DNA of 26,629 bases from Ruminococcaceae bacterium UBA6857 (GTDB taxonomy: Bacteria; Bacillota; Clostridia; Oscillospirales; Acutalibacteraceae): assembly GCA_002451715.1 (NCBI GenBank), contig DKDD01000103.1, positions 1-26,629 on the forward strand, read 5' to 3'. The notes beneath the pieces are model-generated. The model had not been told where the DNA came from and did no database searches. It worked only from the letters and a program-made list of their open reading frames with translations. Positions 1 through 9,053 of this stretch are shown here, piece after piece. Position 1 is the stretch's first letter. Each line of letters starts with the position of its first letter. The position numbers were made by a program, and so were the translations under genes.

Positions 1-1
1 C

Positions 2-1168
2 TTTAACGCCGGAAGTGAGCGTTGTTGCCTTAACTTCGCCCGAAAATGTTCCGGGAAGAGTTTTGCCGGCATAAACGCCGAAAGTTCTGACTTTGAAAGT
101 ATATTCGGTAAGGTCCGAAAGTCCCGTAACGGTGTATTCGGTTTCGCCCTTTTTGGCTGTTGCAACAAGGGTGTTTTTGCCGTCTTTAACCGTATAGATT
201 TCGGTTTTTTCGTTGCCGGAAACGTCAGTCCATCTGAGTGTTACCGAAGCGCTCTTTTCTGCCGAAGCGGTAAGATTCGCAACTGCGGCGGGAGCGGTTT
301 TTGTGCTCACTGCTGCGGAATATCCCGAAAGCGCCGTGCCGACTTTTGCTCTGACGGCGAAGCGATAAACGGTGTTTGCCGAAAGCTTGCCGACGGTTGC
401 GGCCGTGGTTTTTGAAGAAGCAACCTGAACATATTTTGTTCCGTCAACTCTGTATACTATGTATTCGGAAGCGCCGTTCACTTTTCCCCAGGTGAGGCTT
501 ACCGAATTTGACGAAGCGGTTTTGAACGCAACGCTTGTTGTCGGAATCGAGGTCTTTACGGTGACTGCTTTTGAAATTGCGCCGAGAACAACTTTCTTTC
601 CGACTCTTGTTACTGCGCGGACGCGGAACTTTGTCGCAACGTTCGGAGTAAGAGCGGAAACGGTGAGGTTGTTCACTTTCGGCGAAGCAACCTTGACCCA
701 CTTTTTGCCGTTGTATTTTTGAACCATGTAGTTTGTTGCGCCGTTGACCTTTTTCCATGTGAGCTTTGCGGAAGTGGGCGAAAGAACGGCGGCTTTGAGG
801 TTTTTCGGTGCGGCGCAGGCGGGCTTTGCCGAAACCGCAGCAGAAGGTTTACCATAAACAACCTTTTTGCCGGATTTTTTGAAAGAGACATAGCGGAACT
901 TATAAGCTGTTCCGGTTTTGAGCTTTTTAACGGTGAAGCGTACTCTTTTTGTTGTTCCGACTTTCTTCCAGCTCTTTTTAACATATTGTTGAACTTCATA
1001 GCCGGAGACGTTGTTCATTTTTTGCCAGGAGAGGGTAACTGCGTTATAGGTTACTGTTGCCTTGAGCTTTTTTACGCGAGCTCCGGCGGCGAACGCCGGA
1101 GTGATCGCGGTCAGAGCAATGCTCAGACACAAAAGCGCGGACAAAAACAGTTTTGAGATTTTTTTCAT
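2..1168 (-). CDS. Secreted FN3-repeat protein, N-terminal 389 aa (runs off the left edge); paralog of the adjacent 1346-aa protein
   Basis: Absent from the ORF track because its stop lies outside the window. Manual translation from ATG 1168 (RBS AAGGAGG upstream) gives MKKISKLFLSALLCLSIALTAITPAFA-AGARVKKLKATVTYNAVTLSWQKMNNVSGYEVQQY...FTVKKLKTGTAYKFR. The frame stays open to the edge with four FN3 units (LSW/LTW/LTW/LRW ... L..NT.Y.F.VR). Confidence 0.9.
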   Translation of the reverse strand, partial: MKKISKLFLSALLCLSIALTAITPAFAAGARVKKLKATVTYNAVTLSWQKMNNVSGYEVQQYVKKSWKKVGTTKRVRFTVKKLKTGTAYKFRYVSFKKSGKKVVYGKPSAAVSAKPACAAPKNLKAAVLSPTSAKLTWKKVNGATNYMVQKYNGKKWVKVASPKVNNLTVSALTPNVATKFRVRAVTRVGKKVVLGAISKAVTVKTSIPTTSVAFKTASSNSVSLTWGKVNGASEYIVYRVDGTKYVQVASSKTTAATVGKLSANTVYRFAVRAKVGTALSGYSAAVSTKTAPAAVANLTASAEKSASVTLRWTDVSGNEKTEIYTVKDGKNTLVATAKKGETEYTVTGLSDLTEYTFKVRTFGVYAGKTLPGTFSGEVKATTLTSGVK

Positions 1169-1193
1169 CAGTTTTTATCCTCCTTATTTTCCG

Positions 1194-4100
1194 TTATGCG
1201 GCTTTAGCTGTATATGCGGGAACTTTGATTGAAACACTTGACGATTCGTCGGAACCTGCAACAACCGCAACTTTGAATTCCGTTGCGTTCGAATCAATTC
1301 CGGTTATTGTTATGGTTTTTGCGGAATCGTTAACTGTGCAGTTTTTCGGATCCATGGGCTTTCCGTCCTTATTAAACACAACGACTGTTGCTTTATCCGG
1401 AAGATTTGCCGAAAAGCTGAGTGTTACGGAATCTTTTTCTCTTGCGGTAACTTTTACGTTTGAAACGGGAAGAAGTGCGGTTTTAACTTCTACTTTGTTC
1501 GACTCTTTGGCTTTTGCTTCGTCGGTTGTGTATGCCTTGACAGTGTATGAAAGAGTTTTATTCTGCTCGGCATTTGAAATCGTATAAGCGGTTCCGGTAA
1601 CGGCGGTTGCAACGGTTTTGCCGTCTTTGTCAACGATGATATATTTTGTTGCGGAGCCGTTGTTTGATTTCCATGAAAGGGTGATATTGTTGTTTTTGTC
1701 GCAGTCTGCGGTGAGAGTTACTGCTTCGGCGTCGGTTGTTGCGGTAGCAAGTGACGCGGCGCTTGTAATGTCACCCTTGACGGCCTGAACGTTGAACTTA
1801 TAGGTCGTTCCGGGTTTGAGACCGGTTACGGTGTAGGTCCCGTCTGTTGTTTTGATATCGTCCTTATCGGAAGAATCAATTTTAATGAGGTATGAAACGG
1901 AGTCAACCTTGTCCCATGTGAGAACAACGGAGGAGGTTCCGTTTGCTGTTGCTTTGAAGTTTGCGACGTTCGAAAGTTTTGTTTTAACGGAATCTGTAAC
2001 CGTTGATTCGCCGGCATATGCAACTTTGTTGATTACGATTTGGGCGGTAACTTTGAAGTAATAAGTCGTTCCCTGGTCAAGACCGGTTACGGTGCAGGAT
2101 TTTCCGCTGAACGGCGAACCGGTTTGTGTCCAGTTTTCTTTGTCTTTGCTGTATTCAACCTTGTATGAATCGGCAAGGGATGAGCCGCTCCAATCAAGTG
2201 TTACGGTGCTGTCGGTGAAGTTTGCGATTCTTACGTTCGGCGCGGCGGGAAGCGTTCTGCCGATTACATATTCGCTTGCAACGCCCTTGGTTTTGTTCTT
2301 GTCAACGGCAACAACGCGGAAATATGCGGTTTTTGAAGCGGAAAGCTTTTCAACGGTTGCCGAAGTTGTTTTTGAATCAACCGAAAGAACCGAAGTCCAG
2401 CCTGTTGTTCCGTTTTCGCTCATTTCAATGTCATATCCGTTTACTCCGGCGTTGCTGTTTGCAGACCAGGAGAAAGAAACGGAAGTTGTTGTTTGACCGG
2501 TAATTTTGAAGTTTGACGGCGCAGAGAGAAGGGTTTTTGCGCTGATTTCCGAGGGAGTCGAGCAGAGTCTTTCCGAACGGAAAACTTCATAGGCGATTAC
2601 GCGGATGCTGTAATCCGAATGTTGAGCAAGACCTTTGATTGTTGCGGTTGCATTGTTGTTGTCAAGGGTGAACAATGCGGCGGAAATAAGGTCTGCAGAG
2701 CTAAGCCATTCGGAAGAGCCGGGTTTTTGGATTTGAACGATATAGTTCTTGACGTTGGTGTTCTTTTTCCATGCAACACGAATTGAAGTGTCGGAAAGGG
2801 TTGTTTTGATTTCTTCAACGGGGGCGGGAGCGGTTTTTGCTTCGGTAGCCTTGCTTACTTCGCTGCTGTCGGTTCCGTTGACTGCCGAAACGCGGAAGAA
2901 ACGGCTTGTTGAAGGCGCAAGCCCCTCATACTGATATACACACATTTTTGAGCCGTCGGTCGGGTTAACAAGCGGCTGTTCGGTTTTGACTTCTTCCCAG
3001 TTGTCTTTTCCGTTTGCGCTGACTTCAAGTTTATATGAAGCCGCTTTTGCGCTGATTGTCCAGCCGATGTAAACCATGCTGCTTGTGCATTTTGTTACCT
3101 GAACGCCGACTTCAACACCCTGAAGTGCGGTTTTAACAATTACGGGATTCGAGAAATCCGAGGGAACGCTCTGTCCTTCGGTATAAGCTCTTACTTTGAA
3201 CTGATATTCGGTATAAGGCGAAAGCTCGTTCTTTGAAAGTTCCGTTTTGTCGGTATCGGTAAGCTTTTCCCAATCGGCGTCTGCCTTTGCGCCGTTAATC
3301 CAGAAAACTTCATATTTTACTGCGCCTTCAACGGCTTTCCAGCTGATTGAAAGCGAGGTCGGCTTAACATTGTTATAGGTGAGTTCGGTGATTGCGGACG
3401 GGGTTGTTTTTCCTTCGGCAATGTCACTGAGGTTCGAAGTGATGCTTCCCGCAACGGCCTTTACTCTGAAGTAATAGGTTGTTGAAACGTCAAGTTCCGG
3501 AACGGTATAGATCACAAGCGAAACGTTGTCCGAAGCAACGGGAGTGCACTTTGAAAGGTCAACAACGGTCCATGTGTTTTTGTCTTTGCTGATTTCAAGC
3601 TCATAGCCTGTGGCTTTTGAGTTTACTGTCCATGAAACGGTGAGGGAAGAGCTTGTCGGGTTCTCTGTTTTGAGGTTGAGAACGCGGGAAAGAGAAGTTG
3701 TTGCGGTGACAGCCGCAGCGGTTGAATAAAGTTTGATTCTGTCGGTCGGATAGTCGGGGTTGGGAGCATAGAGACCATATCCCTGAACTCTGAATTCATA
3801 GGGAGTTTTCTGTTCGATCGGAACTTCGACATACTTGTTTGTGCTGTCTTTATATCTGATTTTTGAAACGGTGAAAACTCTTGTTGAAGTCGGAACACTG
3901 CCGAGCGATACCCATTCGCTTTCCTGGGTTCCGTCGGGATTTCTCTTGAGAACCGAAACGAAAATTTCATATCTTTCGATTGCTTTTTCGTCTGCCGAAG
4001 CATCCCAGCCGAGCGTTACCGAATTATCGGTTGACCTTGTTGCTTTGAGGTTTGTTACGGCAGCGGGAGCGGTTTTCCATGTGAAAGTGTTTGAATAAGC

Positions 4101-5234
4101 CGAAAAATAATTCTTTGAGTCCGAAGCTTTGATATAAGCTCTGACGGCGAAAGTGTGTTCGGTGTTTGAAGCAAGACCTGTTACGGTGCAGCTGTTGTTT
4201 TTTGAAACCGCAACCTGCTTGTATGCCGTGCCGTTCTTAACAAAAACAGTGTATCCGGTTGCGCCGGAAACGGCATTCCACGAAAGCGAAGCGGTTGTTG
4301 AATCGGTTCCGTTGCAAACAAGTTCGGTTGCTTTTGCGATTGAGGGCTTGACCGAAACGGTTTTTGAAACAGTGCCGTAAAGATTTTTGTTTCCGGATTT
4401 TACAAAGCCGAAAACGCGAATCTGGTTGTTCACGGTCGGGATAAGATTTGTTGCAGCAAGCGAAGTTTTTGAAGTACTTCCGACATTGACCCACTTTTTG
4501 TTTGCGGTGTCATATCTTTGAACAAAGTATCCTGTTGCGCCGGAAACGGCGCTCCATGAAACGTTTGCCGTTGTTGAAGAAGCTACGCTTGCTTTTACGT
4601 TTGCCGGCGCGGCAAGGGTCGGCTTTGCGGTAACGGCTTTTGCATAGCCGTATACGTTTTTGTTTCCGACTGTTTTATAGCCGCGGACGCGGAACTTGAC
4701 TTCTTCGTTTGTTTTAAGTCCGGAGATAACGGCGCTTGTGCTCTTTGTGTTTGCAACGTTGACCCATTTGTTTCCGTTCTGCTTTTGAATAAGATAGCCT
4801 GTTGCGTTCGAAAGCTTTGACCAGGTAAGTTTTACCGAAGTTGCCGAGGCGGAAGCAGCCGAAACGGTTTTCGGTGCGGTGCAGACCGGTTTTGCCGAAA
4901 CAACGGCGGAAACTTTTCCGTACTGAATCTTCTTTCCGGAACCTTTGTAAGCGCGAACGCGGAATTTATAAGTTGTTCCGGTCTTGAGTTTTTTAACGGT
5001 GAATTTTGTTTTTTGAGTGGTTGCGATTGCTTTCCACTTTTTTCCGGTATACTGCTGAACCGCATAACCGGAAGCTCCGGAAACTTTGTTCCAGGAGAGG
5101 GTGACTGTGGTTGCCGTAACCGCTTTTTTAACGTTCTTGACCTGTGCAACTGCCGCAAAGGCCGGCGTTACTGCCGCAAAGGCAACACCAAGACAGAAAA
5201 GAACGGTTACAAGCAATTTTGCAAGCTTTTTCAT
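1194..5234 (-). CDS. Large secreted FN3-repeat surface protein (about 14 tandem FN3-like units)
   Basis: 1346-aa ORF with RBS AAGGAGG and a signal peptide ending PAFA. About 90-aa units repeat with the pattern [ST]V.LsW..V.GA.GY ... GL..gT.Y.FRVRA. No catalytic, LPxTG, SLH or dockerin motif was seen. Confidence 0.9.
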   Translation of the reverse strand: MKKLAKLLVTVLFCLGVAFAAVTPAFAAVAQVKNVKKAVTATTVTLSWNKVSGASGYAVQQYTGKKWKAIATTQKTKFTVKKLKTGTTYKFRVRAYKGSGKKIQYGKVSAVVSAKPVCTAPKTVSAASASATSVKLTWSKLSNATGYLIQKQNGNKWVNVANTKSTSAVISGLKTNEEVKFRVRGYKTVGNKNVYGYAKAVTAKPTLAAPANVKASVASSTTANVSWSAVSGATGYFVQRYDTANKKWVNVGSTSKTSLAATNLIPTVNNQIRVFGFVKSGNKNLYGTVSKTVSVKPSIAKATELVCNGTDSTTASLSWNAVSGATGYTVFVKNGTAYKQVAVSKNNSCTVTGLASNTEHTFAVRAYIKASDSKNYFSAYSNTFTWKTAPAAVTNLKATRSTDNSVTLGWDASADEKAIERYEIFVSVLKRNPDGTQESEWVSLGSVPTSTRVFTVSKIRYKDSTNKYVEVPIEQKTPYEFRVQGYGLYAPNPDYPTDRIKLYSTAAAVTATTSLSRVLNLKTENPTSSSLTVSWTVNSKATGYELEISKDKNTWTVVDLSKCTPVASDNVSLVIYTVPELDVSTTYYFRVKAVAGSITSNLSDIAEGKTTPSAITELTYNNVKPTSLSISWKAVEGAVKYEVFWINGAKADADWEKLTDTDKTELSKNELSPYTEYQFKVRAYTEGQSVPSDFSNPVIVKTALQGVEVGVQVTKCTSSMVYIGWTISAKAASYKLEVSANGKDNWEEVKTEQPLVNPTDGSKMCVYQYEGLAPSTSRFFRVSAVNGTDSSEVSKATEAKTAPAPVEEIKTTLSDTSIRVAWKKNTNVKNYIVQIQKPGSSEWLSSADLISAALFTLDNNNATATIKGLAQHSDYSIRVIAYEVFRSERLCSTPSEISAKTLLSAPSNFKITGQTTTSVSFSWSANSNAGVNGYDIEMSENGTTGWTSVLSVDSKTTSATVEKLSASKTAYFRVVAVDKNKTKGVASEYVIGRTLPAAPNVRIANFTDSTVTLDWSGSSLADSYKVEYSKDKENWTQTGSPFSGKSCTVTGLDQGTTYYFKVTAQIVINKVAYAGESTVTDSVKTKLSNVANFKATANGTSSVVLTWDKVDSVSYLIKIDSSDKDDIKTTDGTYTVTGLKPGTTYKFNVQAVKGDITSAASLATATTDAEAVTLTADCDKNNNITLSWKSNNGSATKYIIVDKDGKTVATAVTGTAYTISNAEQNKTLSYTVKAYTTDEAKAKESNKVEVKTALLPVSNVKVTAREKDSVTLSFSANLPDKATVVVFNKDGKPMDPKNCTVNDSAKTITITGIDSNATEFKVAVVAGSDESSSVSIKVPAYTAKAA

Positions 5235-5312
5235 GTGTGTAAATCCTCCTTAGATATTCGGGTGTGAATTTGATCTTTCGATCGGTGTATAAACTTTACC
5301 TTTTCAAGGTAA

Positions 5313-7508
5313 TCAGTTCCAAAGGAAAATGTATTCGTATTCGAGTGTTCCGCCAATTGTGAAAACGGCTTTTCCGTCGTTTCCGGCAACTGTGAACGGA
5401 ACGGAAACCGAAAGAGTGTCAAGCTTTCCGGCGTTAACTTTTGCCGAAACGGTGAATTTTGAATAATCAACGCTTGAAAATGTTTTGCCTTGTGCTTTTG
5501 AAATCGCGTTCCAATCCGGAAGCGAAACGAACGAAGAAGCAAGGGACTTGTCCGCCTGTGCGGCAGGCAGGGTCAGCTCAATGAAAAATCCGTTTCCGTC
5601 GCCGTGATATTCAATATCACAGTCTTTTTGCTCCTGTGTGGAAAGCGAAAGTTTTCCGTTCATTGCCGGGATAAGAGCGGAAAGCGAAAGCTTTTTGCCC
5701 GTTTCAATTCCTCCGACAAAATTATAATCGGCTTTTGAACTGCTGTCAATCGAAGAAAGAATGCTTCGGTTTGCTTCGGTGTCGGGCAAAACGGCTGTGT
5801 TTTTGAGCGAGCGACTTTCAAAAACAGAAAAGTTCTTTTGGCTGTTCATGTTGCCGCAAGCTTTGATGAATACCGAAAGAGCCTCCTGCTTTGTTTTCGG
5901 TATCGGTCTTACGGCTGTTTTTGCCGAAACTTCCGCGCCGGGACCGATAAGGTCGGTGCTTTCCGTTCTTGCAAAGGCGGCGCAGACTTTGATTCTTACG
6001 GTTGTTTCCGCGTCAAGGTCGGTCAAAGTGAACGAGGTTTTGTCGGTATTTCCCGCAAGAGTAAATATCTTTTTCTCTTCGCTGTATATATAGATGTAAT
6101 ATCTTGAAGCGGACGAAACTTTGCTCCATGAAACCGTAATGTCCGAATCGGTAACGCCGGAAGTTTTGAGGGCGGAAACCTTAACGGGTGTCATGGCTTT
6201 GACGGAAAGTTCGGTATATTTTCCGTTGTAAGTTTTGTTTCCGTTTTTATATACGGCGCTGACTCTTACTTTGTAAGCTGCGGTATATGAAAGACCGGAA
6301 AAGCCGAGCGAAGTTTTTGTTGTTTCGGCGCGGCTTAACTGCTTGTTGTTTTTGTCAAGCAGAACGGCCGTGAACTTTTCCGCACCTGCCGGAGCTTTCC
6401 ACGAAACCGTTACGGAATCAACGGTGTTCGAAACCTGTTTGAGAGCCGTTACGGGTGCGTTGTTCTTTGCCGAAACGGTTATTGAAGCGATTCCGCCGAG
6501 CACCTGAGTTTTGCCGCTTTTGAAAATGCTGCGAACGCGAAGCTTGGCTTCTTCGCCTTTTTTGAGGTTTTTGACCTTGTAGGTCGTTTTGTCGGTTGAA
6601 GCGAGCGCGACCCACTTTTTCTTTGCGGTGTCATAGCGCGTGATTTTGTATTCGGTTGCACCGGCAACTTTTGTCCAGCTTATTGTTGCGCTTGAAGCGG
6701 TAAACTTTGTCTGTTTCAAATCTGCAGGCTTTGCGGGGAAAACTTTAACGCGGCATTTTGCAAAAACCTTGTCGTTGCCTTTTGCCGAAACGGTGATTAC
6801 CGCGTTGCCGCAGTTGAAAGAAGAAACAATGCCTTCGGGCGAAACGTCGGCAATCGCCTTGTTCGTTGTTGAAACCGAAAGGGCAGTGTAATAGGTATCG
6901 GCAGGCGAAACAACGATTTTGAGCGTTCTTGTTTTTCCGCTGTTCATCTTCATGCTTTTTTGAACCGAAATCGAGGTCGGATAGGTGACGCCTGATTTGA
7001 TCTTGTTTTTCTGAAGATATTTTTCCGCGCCGGTTCCCGAAACGGCATAGACCGTAACTTTGTCGCAACCGCGGAAAGCGTCTTTGCCGATTTTTTCCGC
7101 CTTTGTGTCAAGCACAACGGTTTCAAGGTTGGTGCAGTACCAGAACGCCGCACTGCCGAGCGTTTTAAGCTCTTTCGGCAAAACGATCTTTTTGAGTCCT
7201 GTGCATTCGTTGAATGCGCTGATTCCGATTTCGGTAACGGTTGACGGGATTGAAAGAACGGTTATCGTTCTTGCCTGCCAAAAACATTCGTTGCCGATTG
7301 CGGTGACGGGAACGCCGTTGACTTTTGCGGGAATTTTGACTTTCTTTGCCGTTCCGGAATAGGAAACGACGGTGACGCCGCTTTTTTGAACGTCAAAAGT
7401 GAAGCCGTTTTTCTTAACATTTTTTGCCGAACCGGAAAAGACAAAAAGCGTTATCAGCGCGGAAACGGCAAAAGCAAAAATGAAAGATTTAAAAATGCGT
7501 TTTTTCAT
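5313..7508 (-). CDS. Secreted protein: BspA-type leucine-rich repeats + Ig-like (Big_2) + 3 FN3 + unknown C-terminal domain
   Basis: Start moved to ATG 7508 (MKKRIFKSF; RBS GGAGGG). LRR_5 units: IPSTVTEIGISAFNECTGLKKIVLPKELKTLGSAAFWYCTNL. Ig-like segment: STTNKAIADVSPEGIVSSFNCGNAVITVS. FN3 units: ISWTKVAGATEY, VSWKAPAGAEKF, VSWSKVSSASRY. Confidence 0.85.
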   Translation of the reverse strand: MKKRIFKSFIFAFAVSALITLFVFSGSAKNVKKNGFTFDVQKSGVTVVSYSGTAKKVKIPAKVNGVPVTAIGNECFWQARTITVLSIPSTVTEIGISAFNECTGLKKIVLPKELKTLGSAAFWYCTNLETVVLDTKAEKIGKDAFRGCDKVTVYAVSGTGAEKYLQKNKIKSGVTYPTSISVQKSMKMNSGKTRTLKIVVSPADTYYTALSVSTTNKAIADVSPEGIVSSFNCGNAVITVSAKGNDKVFAKCRVKVFPAKPADLKQTKFTASSATISWTKVAGATEYKITRYDTAKKKWVALASTDKTTYKVKNLKKGEEAKLRVRSIFKSGKTQVLGGIASITVSAKNNAPVTALKQVSNTVDSVTVSWKAPAGAEKFTAVLLDKNNKQLSRAETTKTSLGFSGLSYTAAYKVRVSAVYKNGNKTYNGKYTELSVKAMTPVKVSALKTSGVTDSDITVSWSKVSSASRYYIYIYSEEKKIFTLAGNTDKTSFTLTDLDAETTVRIKVCAAFARTESTDLIGPGAEVSAKTAVRPIPKTKQEALSVFIKACGNMNSQKNFSVFESRSLKNTAVLPDTEANRSILSSIDSSSKADYNFVGGIETGKKLSLSALIPAMNGKLSLSTQEQKDCDIEYHGDGNGFFIELTLPAAQADKSLASSFVSLPDWNAISKAQGKTFSSVDYSKFTVSAKVNAGKLDTLSVSVPFTVAGNDGKAVFTIGGTLEYEYIFLWN

Positions 7509-7634
7509 GCATAACCCTCCATAATAAGATAAGTACATATTAACACTTTTTTTTACGAAAAACAATGCCGAATTGTCAATCTTTGCAAAATTTACAAATA
7601 ATTTCGAAATAAGTAAACTTCAATTTCAATGCAT

Positions 7635-7661
7635 AAAAAAAGAGACGGCAAAAACCGTCTC
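7635..7661 (-). terminator. Intrinsic terminator of rpsT
   Basis: Stem GAGACGG/CCGTCTC followed by a T7 tract on the minus strand, about 25 nt after the rpsT stop. Confidence 0.8.
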
Positions 7662-7684
7662 CTCTTTTGAAGTCAAAAATAAAA

Positions 7685-7945
7685 TTATTTTGAAGCGTTG
7701 AGCTTGAGAACAAGGGCTGATTTTTTTCTTGCAGCGTTGTTCTTGTGAAGAAGACCCTTGGCAGCGGCCTGGTCAATCTTCTTAACGGCAGCGGTAACCA
7801 CTGCTTCTTTATCAGCCGCGTTAGCTTCGATGGCTGCGTTAGCCTTTTTCAAAGCGGTTTTGAGTGCGGAATGGGCGCTCTTGTTGCGAGCCTGCTTTGT
7901 TGCGTTAACGAGAACACGTTTTTTTGCTGATTTGATATTCGGCAT
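7685..7945 (-). CDS. rpsT: 30S ribosomal protein S20
   Basis: MPNIKSAKKRV...RNKS..SALKTALKK...IDQAAAKGLLHKNNAARKKS is the S20 signature. RBS GGGAGGTG. Divergent from gpr as in Bacillus and Clostridium. Confidence 0.98.
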   Translation of the reverse strand: MPNIKSAKKRVLVNATKQARNKSAHSALKTALKKANAAIEANAADKEAVVTAAVKKIDQAAAKGLLHKNNAARKKSALVLKLNASK

Positions 7946-7976
7946 TTACGATACACCTCCCTTAATACAATTACAG

Positions 7977-8005
7977 ATAATAACATCTTTCAAAAGAAAA
8001 TGCAA
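7977..8005 (-). promoter_or_regulatory. SigA-type promoter of rpsT
   Basis: Minus strand TTGCAT-17 nt-TATTAT with extended TGn. Confidence 0.65.
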
Positions 8006-8096
8006 GTGATTTCAGCATTTTTGGATAGACTTTTTCAGAAGTGACAATAATGATACTATATTTTTTCAAATTTTTCAACAGTTTGGAGCAAAAAAA

Positions 8097-8987
8097 ATGA
8101 ATTTCAGAACAGATTTGGCGCTTGAAAAGCGGGAAAACATCGCTTCTGCAAGAATTGACGGCGTTATCTCGAATAAGGAAGAAAAAAACGGCGTAACCGT
8201 AACAACAATTTGCGTCACAAACGAGGTCGGTGCGCAGGCACTCGGCAAGCCCGTCGGAAAATACATCACCCTTGAAGTTACGCCCTTCATGAAAAACGCC
8301 GACCTTTCCGACGGAAGAATCGAAGTCTTTGCCGAAGAACTTCTTTCGCTTCTGCCGAAAGAGGGAACGATTCTTGTTGCCGGACTCGGGAACGAAAGCA
8401 TCACCCCGGATGCACTCGGACCGAAGTGCGTTTCGCTTCTTCTTGCAACGCGCCACATAAAAAAAGAGCTTGCAAAATCACTCGGACTTTCTCCGCTTCG
8501 TCCCGTTGCCGGAATTGTTCCCGGCGTGCTCGGAAAAACCGGAATCGAAACTGCGGAAATAATCGAAGCCGTTGCCGAAAAAATCAAACCCGCCGCCCTT
8601 GTTGTGATTGATGCGCTTGCTTCGCGAAAACTTTCTCGGCTCGGAACAACGGTTCAAATGACCGACACGGGAATTGCGCCGGGTTCCGGAGTCGGAAACA
8701 CAAGAACCGAAATCAGCGAAAAAACGCTCGGTATCCCCGTTGTTGCGGTCGGCGTTCCGACTGTTGTTGACGGAACGACAATGGCTTTTGACGTTCTTGA
8801 AAGCGCGGGGGTCAAAGGTGAAAACGTTCAAAAACTCGGTTCGTTCAAAAAGGAAGAGTTCATGATGGTTACACCGAAAGAAATAGACCTTGTGATTGAG
8901 CGCGCGTCAATGCTAATTGCTATGGGAATCAACAGCGCAATGCAGCGCGAACTTGCACTTGACGATATTATCGCAATCGTGAGATGA
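8097..8987 (+). CDS. gpr: Spore germination protease GPR (peptidase A25)
   Basis: RTDLALE processing motif, GKPVGKYIT, GLGNESITPDALGP, VIDALASR, GIAPGSGVGN, GVPTVVD and VTPKEID. rpsT-gpr-spoIIP synteny. Confidence 0.97.
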   Translation: MNFRTDLALEKRENIASARIDGVISNKEEKNGVTVTTICVTNEVGAQALGKPVGKYITLEVTPFMKNADLSDGRIEVFAEELLSLLPKEGTILVAGLGNESITPDALGPKCVSLLLATRHIKKELAKSLGLSPLRPVAGIVPGVLGKTGIETAEIIEAVAEKIKPAALVVIDALASRKLSRLGTTVQMTDTGIAPGSGVGNTRTEISEKTLGIPVVAVGVPTVVDGTTMAFDVLESAGVKGENVQKLGSFKKEEFMMVTPKEIDLVIERASMLIAMGINSAMQRELALDDIIAIVR

Positions 8988-9053
8988 ATTTTATAAAGAA
9001 GACAGGCATAGATATTAAAATAAAAGATGAAAAAGAGAAAAGGTTGTGTTGAC

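Noticed and set aside
444..7444. Many short alternative-frame and antisense ORFs over the FN3 genes, and similar ones over other genes
   Set aside because: They shadow long motif-bearing CDSs and show no recognisable domains.
7509..7565. Longer ORF-track starts (7565, and likewise 20465, 24858 and 10148)
   Set aside because: Downstream starts have strong RBSs and, where relevant, put the signal peptide at the N-terminus.
7990..9053. SigF/SigE promoters for gpr and spoIIP
   Set aside because: They are expected biologically, but the matches are too degenerate to place with confidence.
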